Shown one piece after another: positions 37,120 to 50,000 of a stretch of DNA of 64,000 bases; positions within the stretch are counted from its first letter, which is position 1, and every line of letters begins with the position of its first letter. The notes beneath the pieces were generated by a model that saw only the letters and a program-made list of their open reading frames with translations, was not told the DNA's origin and searched no databases. A program made the position numbers and the translations under genes. The DNA is taken from positions 1,612,001-1,676,000 of the forward strand of contig OY253668.1 in the NCBI GenBank assembly GCA_958009085.1, written 5' to 3'. This stretch comes from Protoeuglena noctilucae (Eukaryota).

Positions 37120-37865
37120 ATGGCCACCAAGCTGCTCGTCAGCGCTGGGTTCGGGGGGGTGGGGGTTGCTATCTTGACGATGGCGTTCGTGGGCTACCCG
37201 CGCGTCTCTCGGTCGCTCGGGGAGGGGTGCGTGCGTGATGCGCTTGCGTAGCGGGCCCCCGCGGCGCGGCGGAGCTGCGTCGGGACAGCCTGCGGCTCCG
37301 AGGGCATGCGTTGGTTTTGCAGAGCCACGAGCCTGCAAATGGAAGCGTCCAACCGCGCCCTGATGCCCCTTGTCGCAGTGCTGCGGCGGACTCCATCAAA
37401 ACGTCGGACACGGCGCGCAAGCAGGCGGAGCTCCATTACCAAAAGCAAATCCAGCGTCTGGAGCAGGAGTACGGCGAGGGGAAGATGTCCACTGTGGAGG
37501 TGAGGCGCGATGGCGACCGCAGCCAAGGCGCTGGCTGATTCGCAGCTCCCTGCGAGGGCTGACGAGAAACCGCCCTTGCGAACTCCTGCAGAGGGCTTTA
37601 GCGAAGGACCGGCGCTACTATGTGTCGGGTGGCGTGCAGACCACGGTGGACAAGATCCAGTCCAGGTGCGGAGCTGACTATGCCTCTTTCAGTGCCTTTG
37701 TCTCGCGTTGGAGTGCGAGGCTTTCAAGCCATGCTCATGGTCTTTGCATTGCCAAAGTGCATCAGCCCTCAAGCTAGCTTCTGCTCCCTCACCACGCTCC
37801 CGACCGTCGCTGCTTGCAGTGCAATAGCCGCCCTGGACAAGTCCCTGCACCCCGAACGGGCTTGA
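37120..37865 (+). CDS. Small hypothetical protein with N-terminal hydrophobic (TM/signal) segment, 4 exons
   Basis: MATKLLVSAGFGGVGVAILTMAFVGYP..|AAADSIKTS..QKQIQRLEQEYGEGKMSTVE|RALAKDRRYY..|SAIAALDKSLHPERA*, joined by phase-compatible GT-AG introns. Confidence 0.6.
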
Positions 37866-38116
37866 CGTCTTCAACTCAAACAGCGCATATGCGCCGACTC
37901 TTTCCACCGCTTGCTGCCAATGTACGGCGCAGGCGATTGCTGGCACGCAGCAGAGCTGCTTGCCCTCCGCGCGTGAAACGAACGAAAGAACGAGAGCGGG
38001 CAACAGGGCAAAACACGCATGTGTTGCAACATGACGCTTGCCGCAGCTCCAGGCACGGCCTGGCCCCTCGCATGGCCCGGCAGCGAGCGACGGGGTCGTC
38101 AAGGTCGCAACGGCCG

Positions 38117-40735
38117 CTACTTCAAGCCCAGAGACCTTGGCTTGGTGTTGGACTTGTGCCTCGCGTGACCCTTGAGCGTCGGCGCTCCCTGGTCCGGGCG
38201 TCCCCAGATGAGCAGGCTGCCGCCGTGGCACAGGCTGGCGACACCCAACGGTATGACGGCCACCGCAGCCGCAGGGTGGCTGTGCGCTAGGTGGACAGCC
38301 AGGGGCAGGAGCATGGTCATGTCCCGGTGCGACGTGGTCGGCTGTATGACCCCGTCGCCCGCGCAGCCCTGCGCCGGTCCGACCCCTGGGGTGCTTGGTG
38401 GTGGTGGCGGGACGGCGCTCGCTAGTACCTGCGTCGAAAAGCGACGCCGCAATCTTCATCACAGCCAGCATCTGCCAGCGCAGCGCGAGACGGCGAGACG
38501 CGTGCGCGTCACTGCGATCGACTGCACAAGGCGCCTCGATGCAACAGCCACAGCACAACCGGATACTGGTACTGCCAGGACCCACCTCGTCGATAGCCAA
38601 GTCCCACATGGCGACGTTGCCGTCGTGGCCGACGCTGACGACGCGGTACACGTTGCCGAGCAGGTCCGTGGGTCCCCGGGCCGAGAGCGAGCATAGCCGG
38701 CCATCAAACGCGATTCCCGCCACCCACGACCTGCGGCGTCAGTCGCGTGGCACTTGCAATCGCAAAGTTTCGAGTTCTATATAAGCAATTGCGCAACTCT
38801 GTGCCATAAATCTCAATAAATGTTGACACTCGCCTGTGCCCCTCGCCCCAACACATGACCGACTGGTGTACCGCGCTCGCCATGGCCACCAGGTCGTCCT
38901 GGCCGCCCGCCGCGATAATCTTCGAGTCCGGGCTCCACGCGAGCGCCAAGACGGAACCGAAATAACTCGTGAAGCCCCACTTCAGGCGCATCTTGGGGAG
39001 CTCCAGGATGGCGACGGTGCCGTCGGAATACCCGCACGCCAGGAGATCCCCCGAGGGTGACAGCGCGCTGCACGTGACGCTAGGGGCCGGGCTACGGGAC
39101 GATGCAGCTCCTCCCCACGTGCCCGTGACCATGCCGAGGATGCCTGTCGCCGAGGACGCCGTCTTGTACGATGCCCCGCCGTCCGATGCGAACGGCGAGT
39201 CGACCACGGTGCGACTGCGGTGGGGGGCGGCGAGGGTGGCAGTCACAGAACAGGCTGGGGCCAGAACGGGGAGCGAGGGCCGCGAGGGGGGTCACGGCAG
39301 CTTGCGAGCACGCGGCTCGTGGGGCGCTTCATGAGTGCTCACGTGTGCGCCTTTGGGGACTGTGCGGGAGCTTGGCTAGGGCTTGGGGGGTGCGGCGGAA
39401 GGTGGATGACTTGCTTGATTAAAGGCGGGAGGCGGTTGGCGGAACCCACGACGGAGAAGGGCATAGAGCCGGCGCCGTTGACGCGGCGGGCGCCGAAACT
39501 CGGCTTGCAGAAGGAGTCCAACTGCAGTCGAAAGCGAGGCGATGCTTAAAATTGTAAAAAGCTAAAGCGAGGGTGGACGAACGCATCCCATGGCGCTGCA
39601 GCGCCACGCGGTGCGATGACGTGGGATGCCATGAGCCCACCCTCACCTGGCTGCCCGCTGCATCGACCTGGTAGATGGCTACCGTGCCGTTGGCGAAGAT
39701 AGACATGGCCTGCGAGGCGCTCTGGAGGCCCGGGACGAAGCTGCAGCTGACAACTGCGGGCAAGGCGGTGGCTGAACGTGCTGAGCGCTGGAAGCGGGAA
39801 TCTTCGTTCGGGAGCGCACCGGCGACGGTCCGCAGTCTCACCAGGAGCGTCCTCTTTCATCTCCTCAGGTCTGCTGAGCACCGTTACGTTGCTGGGCTTC
39901 ATTCCGGCCGCCATGCAGTTCGCCAGAAAGTCTAGGGCCACCGTGTCGCCGTTCGAGAGGCCGACGAGCACCGAGACGCCTGCGCCCAGCTCAAGACGGA
40001 TAGAGGTCGCGTATGGGGCTATCTTCTTTGGGTGGCAAACCCACCCAAAGGCTGGTAGCACAACTCGCATCGAGGGGACAGGGCTGACGAGGAGCAGGCT
40101 GGGCGTCGCAAGCAAGGGCACTCACCCATCGGTCCTTCGTCGCATGCGTCCAAGGCAGTCACATGGCATGGTGCGAACGATAGCGTCTTGAGTAACCCGC
40201 CACCGTTGTCCTCCGGCAAGGCGTACACGAACTCGCCGTGCGAAACCAGAATGACCGAAAAGCGCTGGGCGGATCCGGACCCCTGCGGATGATGTATGTG
40301 TAGACGCGGCTGGAAATCAAAGGTACGCGCGCCTATCGACTCGATAGGGACGCAAGCGGGCCAGGCCGTGACCGCACCTCCAGAGTCGATGGCGTGCCGA
40401 CGTTCCCATCGCCGACGGCCCTTAGAGCCACCTCCGCCTCCGCATGTATGGAGTTACTCGTTGCGCTGCTCCTCCGAAATCCGGCGTTCGACCCCTTCCG
40501 GCCCAGTGCACGCGCCTTGTCCCCCGCGAGGCTCAACACGCACACGCTGTGCGCATCACGTCGATGATAGTGCATGAAGCGAGCAAGACGCATGTGCCAA
40601 TGCAGATGCGGGCGCGCGACAGCGCGCGACTCGTCACCTGGGCCGCTGTTCGCTGTCGTACTGGAAGACTGAACGAGCGTTCAGCAGTTCCCACCACCCC
40701 TCCCACGTCCGAAACCCCGGCACCCCTGCCTTCAT
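38117..40735 (-). CDS. WDR20: WDR20/DMWD/CreC-family WD40 protein
   Basis: FRTWEGWWELL (compare FTTREGLYKL), FTSYFGSVLALAWSPDSKIIAAGGQDDLV, GEGHR|SWVAGIAFD, YRVVSVGHDG..MWDL, LLIWGRP. Confidence 0.85.
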
Positions 40736-41078
40736 TGGGACGTCCCGCGTCCTCCGCACTATCCGTCCCCGGCGCAGGCCCAGCCAGGCGGTGGCCCACC
40801 TCTTCGCCCTACGCCATAGGCTCCTGCTGCCCAGCGTAATACCTTCTCCGCGTAGCCCGTCAGCACAGGTGTTTACGGGTAAGACTGAGTACTGTCACAG
40901 TGACCTCTTGAGCATCAAGTACGCCAGGACGGGCTGGCGTGAAACTGGCGCACGTTCACGCGCTCATCCTGAGCGAAATGACGCCGGCCTCGCCGGCACC
41001 CACTTGAGTTGGGGCAGGTAGATGCTGTCTGGCCCCTATCCGCATCGGGGATTCCCAGCGCGACAACATTCATGAGCC

Positions 41079-43846
41079 ATGGACCCCGAGAGGCTCGCCA
41101 GCATGAACCCCGACGGGGGAAGGGATGAGCCTTTGCTCGATCAGATTGCTGCCGCTGCTGCTGCGGAGCCAGGCTCCATTAGGCTCGCGGTGCTCCAGGC
41201 GAGTCGTGCCGGATGCCGGCAGCAAGCCAGACGATGAGGCGCCTGGCTGCGAGCCGCGTTGATTGTCTCCGATCTGAAGACTGAGAAGATCTCACTTCCC
41301 TGGCGTGCCCTTTGTGACTGTGAGCGCTGCTCTGTCCGTCCCTGCAGTCCGGAGACACGTCCATCCCCAGGCCCGAGGAGGGTCACCTGGTGGTCTTCCA
41401 GTGCTCTCACACGGAGCTTCTGAAGAACTCTGATCCGTTCAAGCTCGCCGCGGACGGCCCGGACGCTCCGGGGGACGCGCAGATCGCAGTGCTGGGGCAT
41501 GAGGAGACGCGCTTGGTGGGTTTTGCGAGCCGGCTGTCCCCGATGCGCGCCGCTTTGTCCCTAACTTATTTTGCGTATGCAAGCTCCAACTGTGTGCCTC
41601 GCGCCTGGACCCCGCAGCCTCTCGCCGTCGTCGCTGGGCTGTTTGCGATGCACCCGGGGGGCACGTGCGCCGTGGCTGCCTCGGTCCCTCACTCCTACGT
41701 CACCAAGCGGCCCTTTCACGAGCCCCCTCGCAACGCCACCCCTCGCATCTTCCACATCACGCTCCTCGCGTCATACCCGGATGCCGCATGCCTGCGATCC
41801 ACGGCTGCAGCTCGGGACGACGACGACGACATGGGCTCAGCAGTGCAGCGGGAGGGGTCCGCGGAGACTTCCCGCGGTGAGACTGCGCGGCGTCAGCGGA
41901 TGAGCAAGCGAGAGATGCCACGCCGGGATGCTGGAACGACACGCCGTGCAACATGCCGTGTCATCGCAGGTGGCTGGCAGCCGCTGCACGTCCCTCGGGT
42001 TGCGGCCAAGGTTGCGCTGCCGCCCGACAGCAATTCGACCGATCAGACGCTGGCGGGGTATTGGGTCGCGCTCCAACTCGAGGCGCGGGCGCTTGGTGCA
42101 CCGCCTTCCCTGGACCAGGCGAGCAGCGTGGATGCCGGCATCAAGCCGTGGGGGAGTTTCTTGCGTCGCCATGAATGTACAGTTGGATGACTGAAAGAAC
42201 TTCTGACGTTGGTGCTGCGCCCAGGGCCCGGTTGTGGCGGTGGGCTCAGGCGCAGCGTTGGGCTTCGAGGCGCTAACGAGGGCACAGGAGCTGGCCAGCT
42301 TGTGGGGCGCAGACTGGCCTGACAGGGTCGGCGCAGCGGCCAGCGCGCTGCACGCAGCGGCGTCCTCCCAGGTGTGCGGGATGCAGGGGATTGCGATGCT
42401 CATGGTGTTGCTCACCGCGTCCGTTGCGTGTCAGACGACTGCTAGATAGGCCAAGACCTAAAAGATGGCTTTTGAGAGAGACCCTTGCTGGCGTATGCAG
42501 GGCGCGGTCGGGTTCTCACTCGGGGACATGCCAGCGAGCCAGCCGCCCGCGCTGGTCGAGCTGGTGGAGACGATGCAAGAGGGCGAGAGCGCATTGCTCT
42601 TCTGCGACCGCGGCGACGTGCAGAGCATGGCGCAGGCGGGGCTGCTGACTGAGGTGGCCGTGGGCGGGCAAGGAGCGGCGGGCGCGTGGGCTGCTGTGCA
42701 AGTGCGCTTGGCGAGCGTGCTGCAGCGCAGGGACCTGGGCGGGGGCGCCATCAAAGTCCGCCTGAGCCGCGGGCGCGGGGACTTCCCTATGGACTGCCCG
42801 ATCCAGGACTGCCGGGTGCTCCTGCGCGGCTTGGGTCGCGCGGCGGCGTCGGGCGCCGTGTTCTGGGACTCGCGTAACCAGGCGGGCGCTGGGGAGGACG
42901 GCGCCGTGGCGTTGGATCTGGGCGAGGGTACGGCCCCGGACGGCCTCGAGCGCGCCGTGCGGCTGATGCTGCCCGGGGAGGTGGCGCTGGTGCAGGTGCC
43001 GGCCGGGACTTCCGACAGCGGGTGCGAGTGGGGCGCGGGGCCGCCGGGGGAGGCGTGGGAGTACGTGGTGGAGCTGGTGGGGTTCGACGCGCTGCCGCGA
43101 TTGGACGAGATGACGGCGAGGGAGCTGCTGGCCCATGTGGCGGCGACCAAGCAGGGGGGCTCGCGGGTGTTCGCGCGGGGGCGTGTGGACCTGGCGGAGA
43201 CGCGGTACAAGCGTGCGCTGGAGATCACAAAGCAGCTGCTGATGGGGCTCGACCCGGAGGAGGACGGCGTGGAGCGGTCTGAGGTGGTGGAGGTCTCACA
43301 GACGTGCCTGCTAAACCTCGCCTCCTGCGCGCTGACGACGGGGGAGAACGCCAAGGCTGTGGTGAGGGGCAAGCAGCTGCGGGGCCCGGCAGGGATCGGC
43401 CGTGCAGGTGCAGTCGTGGGGAGGGGGCCCGCGCGACGTGGGCGGGTAGCTGCGCGCGCAGGACTGGTGTCGACGAGCGATCGAGGAGGACGAGCATTGC
43501 GCCAAGGCGTTCCTGCGGATGGCTAAGGCGAAGATGGGCATCGCAGACCTGGATGGGGCGGCGTCGGACCTTGCCAGCGCGCGAGAGGCTCTCGCGGGGC
43601 TGGCTGCAGCTGGTGATGAGCGCATACTTAGGGATTCGCGGCAGCTACTGGCCGGCCCATGCCAGCTCAGCTCGAGCGACCCAGCGCTTATGTTACGGCG
43701 ACGCAGGGCGTCTGTCGAGCGTGGCCGCGGTGCCCGAGTCGGACATCGCCGCTGCGGAAGCCAAGGTCAAGCGGATGGTCGCGGAGGGTAAACGAAAAGA
43801 GAAGGCGGCGTTTGGGGGTCTCTTCGCGGGCAAGGGCGGGCTCTAG
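41079..43846 (+). CDS. PAS1: Multi-FKBP/TPR peptidyl-prolyl isomerase, PASTICCINO1-like (divergent)
   Basis: GRGDFPMDCPIQDC is PAS1-like. LGEGTAPDGLERAVRLMLPGEVALV and WEYVVELVGFD are FKBP-like, followed by TPRs (KQGGSRVF, LLNLASC, AKAFLR) and KEKAAFGGLF. Confidence 0.78.
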
Positions 43847-43937
43847 GCACGTTCACGAGTCTGTCTACGTTGTCTGTTCCCCCGGGCGGGCTCTGCACGG
43901 CGATGCCTCCGCGGTTGTGAAGACGGATACGGGAGCG

Positions 43938-46811
43938 ATGGTTAGCGGCTTTCGTTCGATGGACGTGGAGGCGGCCAATGGCGAGGAGGAGCCCCTGCGC
44001 GGCGGTGAACCGCCTTCGCAAGCGCCTGGGACGTCGACGCTGTTCAGAGGTCGGAAACAACGTTGGCGATGGTCCTGGGATTGGCACTGGGTCGTTTTCG
44101 CAACGACGCTCGCTGGGGCGCTAACTGGGGCAATCATCATTGGTCTGTATGCCGCCCCCCCGGCCAACCGTCATCACCGCGCGCTGCCGAACGTGATAAT
44201 CGACCCCTTCGTCGCGCGCGACTGGCGCGGTCGCCCTCGATCGGTGCGGGGGACGCGCGGCGTGGTCGCGTCCGACGCGGGCGCGTGCTCTGCGCTTGGG
44301 GCGTCCGTCCTGGACCTGGGCGGCAACGCCATTGACGCAGCGGTCGCTACGACGATTTGCGAGGGCGTCGTCAACCCTTCGGCCTCCGGCATTGGTGGCG
44401 GGTGCTTCCTTTTGTACCGGTGCGCACGGTGGCCCCCGCGTCGTGCTTGCTCGCTTCGTGGCGCCGCTCTGGACGCAAGCACGATCCTTGGCATGCACGC
44501 AGGGGTGCGGACGGGACCGCCGAGGTCATCAACGCCCGGGAGTACGCGCCGGCGTCTGCCAGCGTCGACATGTACGCAAAGCACAAAGAGCAGCAGCAGC
44601 GGGGCGGCAAGGCCGTGGCCGTCCCCCTCGAACTGCTCGGGCTGCGGCGCGCGTGGGAGCGACACGGGAAGCTGCCCTGGAAGTCTCTTCTCGAGCCCTC
44701 CATTCGGTGAGCGCCTTGCATTGACCTTGCTGTGTGCATATGCCTGCCTGTGCACAGGTGCCGGGCTCCCATCCGGCTCGACCTCGCTGTCGCAGGCTGG
44801 CCGAGCAGGGGTTCCCTGCGCACGTGTGGCTGGCGGTCAACGTGGAGTTGTTTTACCAAGACATCGCCGCGGACCCGGCCTTTGCAGAGGTGTGGGGGGG
44901 GCCTAGGGAACGCGCGCTGGCACCAGCAGGACACGCTCCCTTCTCCTCTGTTCGCCACGTCACGACCGTTGATGGCCTTCTAAGTACCAACACCTTGCAC
45001 CGTCATGTCTCTTGGCTATCATGAACACCAACCGTCATCGTGTCTCTCCCTTGCGCAGGCGTTCCTGGTCCAAGACGCGGACGGCACGCGCCGCCCTCCG
45101 CACGTGGGCGAGCACTGCTGCAAGCGCCCGGCCCTCGCCGCGACCCTGCGCGCGGTGGCTGACCAAGGCCCGGACGTGCTTTACCGAGGCCCGATGGCTG
45201 CCACTTTGGTGGACGAGCTGAACGCTCACGGGGGCGCCTTCACGCTCGACGACCTGCGGCAGGCGGAGGTGGAGGTCGTGGAACCAGTCAAGACCGAGGT
45301 GTTCGGGATGACCTACCTGGGGGTGGGCCCGCCCTCGAGCGGGGGTGCTGCGGTGAGAGTGCGCGGTCGGCCATGCTACCCACGCCCTGTTCCAGTGCGG
45401 CTCCAGCCCAGCGACGCTCCAGGCATTTTCACCACACACAGTGACCGGGTTTGACCCACCTGACATCCGGCGCCCACCTCTGCGCAGGTGGCGACGATCC
45501 TGCAGATCATGGCGGGATATGCACAGCCCGTGAGCTCCCAGGGCCCGCTGGAGGCGCACCGTCTGACCGAGGCGTTCAAGCACGCCTTCGCAGCACGCAC
45601 CTACCTCGGCGACCCCGGCTGGGGCGGGCGCACGTTCAAATACAGCCCTCGCGCGGACGTGGAGGCCGTCCTGACAGACATGCTGTCGTCAGAGTATGCA
45701 GACACCCTGCGTGCCGCCATTAACGACAACACGACGCTTCCCACGAAAGACTACGGCGGCAAGTGGGCCCCTGACTTTGCCGTGAGAGAGGACCACGGCA
45801 CCACTGGGCTGGCGGTCGTCAGTGAGGACAGCGACGCTGTGGCGGTGAGGCGGACGGGGTGGGGGTGGGGGTAGCAGTGTGGTTGGGGGTGGGAGTGAGG
45901 GTAGCAGTGTGGGTGGGGGTGGGGACATCGGTCAGGGTATCGAAGGGTCTTTGGGTCATTGTCCGGTCACAGAGGGTACCCTGACATGCCCTCGCGTGGC
46001 CTGCGACCCTCCATCGATGCTCCCGACCCAGCGTCGCCGCACTTCTCGCCTGTCGCAGGTCACGTCGACCATCAACACCCCCTTCGGCGCCTTCCTCATG
46101 TCTCCCAGCACCGGCATTATCTTCAACAATGAGATGGACGACTTCTCGACGCCCGACGCGGCTTCGGCATTCGACCTCGCACCCCACCCCGCCAACTTCA
46201 TTGAGCCGGGCAAGCGGCCCCTCAGCTCCATGTCGCCATCCATCGTCGTCGACGCCTCGGGGGTCCGCGCCGTCGCGAGCGCCAGCGGCGGGCCGCGCAT
46301 CATCACGGCCGTCGCGCAGACTTTGTTGCGGCTGCTGGGGGACGGCGCGGCACCCCTGGCGGCAGTGGCGGGGCCCCGCATGCACCACCAGTTGGAGCCC
46401 AACCGCGCGGAGCTGGAGTCGCTGCACCTCAAGGCCCGGGCCTCGCAGCTGGGCATCGACGTGGCGGCCATCGAAGCGTGGCGCGTCCCCGAGGCCGCGG
46501 TGGTCGCCGCCACGCTCGGCACGTCCTACGACTGGTGGGCGGCCGCACGGGGGTACCCAGATGCGGACGGCGATGGGCTGCCGGTCGGGGTTGCGCGTGG
46601 GCAGGCGGGGGTGATTGCGGTGCCTGGCAAGGTGGCTGGGACGCTGTCGTCGCGGGGTCACAACGTGGCTCCGGGAGAGATGATGGGGGTCTGCCAGCTG
46701 ATCGCGGTGGATTTGGAGACGGGGATCCGCGTGGCGGTGTCGGACCCAAGGAAAGACGGGGCACCTGCCGCGCAGGGCGAGGGCGGGAAGCAGAGAGCGG
46801 GCCAGGCCTAG
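43938..46811 (+). CDS. GGT: Gamma-glutamyl transpeptidase (glutathione hydrolase) with N-terminal TM anchor
   Basis: GGNAIDAAVAT..GVVNPSASGIGGG, INAREYAP, EAFKHAFA.R..LGDP, DHGTT (autoproteolytic Thr), TSTINTPFG, NNEMDDFS, PGKRPLSSMSP, GGPRI, SDPRKDG. Confidence 0.95.
45868..45924 (+). repeat. About 30-bp imperfect tandem duplication in a GGT intron
   Basis: gggtagcagtgtgg(t/g)tgggggtggg occurs twice in a row. Confidence 0.8.
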
Positions 46812-47085
46812 TCGGGGCTTGTACGGGCTGTGCAGAGTGAGGGCGGGGAGCAGGGGGGGGGAAGCAGAGGGCGGGGAGCAGAGGGCGGGCTAGAATTAGA
46901 GGCTGTCGATGCATGTTGAGCGGGCGAGGGCCCGCTTGATGGGGTTTTTCCCTGAATGTGGCAACACCAGAGCGTCAGTCACCCTGACTGATGGAGTTGA
47001 GGGACATCCATTGAATACGTTTGAAAGGGAAGGAACCAAAAAACAGCAAAGTCACGAGAGTCACGAGTCACCAGGAAGAGTGCAC

Positions 47086-50000
47086 TTATGCTGGCGAAGT
47101 GTGTGTCGGTTGGGGTTGCGCGACCGCACCGGCACCGCTCGCGTCGCTTCCCTGCCTCTGCCCCTCGGTCGCAGCGTTGCACTCCGGTCCCCTGCCGGCG
47201 CTGTTCACCCACAGCACGAGCTCCTGCTGGCAGCGCTTTTGGACGCGTGTGGTCGAGATGGAAAGCTGGGACTGCGGGGCATCTGCGTGGAGGAGCATAG
47301 ATGAAAGGCGGTATTGAAACTGGCTGCGATGCAAAAGACCCGACTCAACCACTAAAGCATGACATGACGTGGGATAGCGCTGCTGCGTAAGGGTTTAGGC
47401 AATTCGCTCTCACCGTTCGCCAGCTGCTGGGTGTAAAGGAAGGCGTCGGCAGTCACACGCTGGGCCAGGCGATCTGCGTCGGCCCCATATGCCAATCTGC
47501 AGCGATCGTGAAGGGATGAATTGTGACGATCTCACTGGTTGGCCCCAAAGTCGCCAGTCAAGGCTGCAGTTGCCGAGAGCCCAGCTACCACTAGGCGGGT
47601 GTGATGTATGAGACGTGGCATATGTGGAATGCTAGACCCCCAGCGCACCTCAAATCGGGCGGCAGAGCCCCGGAGACGTACGCCTGCACCGTGATGTGGA
47701 CGTCCTGGTAATCGTATTTGCCATCACCGTTCAGATCCTGCCCAGACGCCCCCACAGCAGCCGACAGGATACCTTGTGCCATTGCTGCCGACGCCTCAGC
47801 GATGTCTGCCTGTTGCTGCGCCGTGAGGCCGACGGGGCGGCCCCTCGGCATCCCCGCCAGAGCTCTGCGTCCGCCTGCGCCGCTGGGAGTGCCAGCACTG
47901 CCCGCAGCAGAACTGCCTCCCGTCGCAGTAGTGCTGCCGCCTGTCGCAGTGCTGCTGCCGCCCGCTGCAGTGTTGCTGCCGCCCGTAGCAGCGTCCCCAC
48001 CGCTCCTCGCAGTGTCACCGCCGCTCCTCGCAGTGCCGCCGTCCCTACTCTCAGTAGGGTCGCTGCCACTTGCAGAGCCCCCATCCCCGCCATCCTGGGT
48101 GGCACCGGAGTTCCCACACCTCGGTGGCTGTGCGGGCGGGACGGGCAGAATGCTGCTTAACAGGTCTTGCAGCTGCTGCTGGCTCAAGGGCACAGGCGTC
48201 GACGTTGCAGATGTGCCTCCGTTGTTAAGACCACCCGTGGGGACTTGCGAATGGCTGCCGTGCTTCCCAGCTTCCGACACCGATGCGGTGGCGTAAGCGC
48301 CCGTCATCTGACCCTTGGTCTGGCCAGCGGCTGGGGTGGCACTCGGGTCGGTGGAAAGGTCGACCACAGCGGCGGCCGTGGCCGTGCCTGTGGTCAAAGG
48401 GACGGGGACCCTTGGTGCATGGCATGCATGGATGTCTTCTGCACGACCGTCTGACCGCCAAAGGTGACATAGAGATGATAAATGCAAACGTGCTAGAGCC
48501 GCTGCATGCGTCACACCTGCCATAGGTGTGGCAGGGCCCAGCTGGATCACGGGCCTAGCCACCAAGGCATCGACCGGAGACACGGGCGGTGCCACGCTGT
48601 CGGACTTCATGGTGAAGGTGGTCCCCTGCGCTTGGTTCACCGCTTGGGCCTGGAGCTGCCCCGCAGTGCCGAACAGCTGCACCATCGCCCCCGACAGTTG
48701 GCCCGTCACGTCGGTGCTGGCTGCGGGAGAGGGCCAGGGTAGCTGCCAGTTGCTAGTGAGGACGCGAAGCTATGCGAGTCTGCCAGTATCGGCAGATAGC
48801 GAGCAGAGCAGCCAGGGTTGCAGTGCGAGACGGCATGCAGCTGTGTGTGCCTCACTGTAGGCCCTTGCTCCCAGTGCCGACACGAACACGCAGCACCCTC
48901 CACTCACCGTTCGCGAGGTCCTGGTGGACGTTGATGATGTCGCTGGCCACGTGGGCGCTGTGCTGCTGGAGTTGGGTCATTAGGGATGCGATGGTGGCCG
49001 TCAGCTCGCTCCTCCGAGACGCATCCGAGGGAGCGGCAGCGGATGGCGCCTGCGACAATGGTAACAACTTAAAGTGCTCGTGCACCCCTTCTCATGCAGT
49101 GGCACCCAACGCGCGCATCGACCGACAGCCCGGCACTTGAGCTGCAGGCGCAGTCCCTACTTGCTGGTTCGCTGGCACTGGTTTAAACCCCGCGCCTGTG
49201 AAGGTCCAGTTGGTCGTCTGCTGCAGGGATCGGCCGTTGCCAGCACCCCTGTCACCGCTCGCGGCCGATGACGCGAATGGGAGGCTCCCAATGCCGCGCA
49301 TGGGGTGCGCGAATCCCCCGGCCATTCCCAGCCTGAACGGCCGCATTGCCTGGCCTCCCGCGCGCAGGCTGCGGGGTGTCACGGGGCCAACCCCCGCCGC
49401 CTCGCTGCCCGCCGCGCCTGCCGCCATGCGCTGGCTGACCAGCCTGGCCATCTCTGGCATGTGGCTCCCGCTGCTGTCGTACGCGACCGTGGCAGCGCTT
49501 TCCATCGCTGACTCGATCTTGACGAGCTCGGCCGGCAAGTCCGCATCCAGGGCCGCGAAAGGGTTGCCAGAGTTGTCCTGGGACAGTCGACGTGCGCCCT
49601 TCCCCAGGGCTGACGCCAGCATCGCACCCGCACCGGGGTTGCTGCGACGGGGCGTACACAGGTGACGTGGGGGCTTGGGCAAAGCCAAGCGAGCTCTGAG
49701 CCCAGATCTAGTCTCTAGACTCGCACCCAGGCTGCCCTGGATTCGCAGCTAGGCTGCCGGGTACCTGCTGTGTGTCGTGTGAGCTGCCTCATCCAATCGC
49801 AGCCTCACCCGGTCGATGCCCTGGGCGACGGTGTCGGGGGGCTCGACGTGGGTGGCGGCGTGCCAGATGCAGTCAGGCTGGCCGCTGCGGCACGCAGGCG
49901 ATCCAAAAGGGGCGTCGACGCGCTCCCCCCTGCGGCCGGCGGTGCTTGCGTGGAGGCCGGGGCAGCGGTAGCCTTGGAGGTGCTGCAAGCATGGGGGTAG

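Noticed and set aside
38731..38833. Locally AT-rich intron as a possible snoRNA or insertion
   Set aside because: No clear C/D or H/ACA boxes and no terminal inverted repeats seen.
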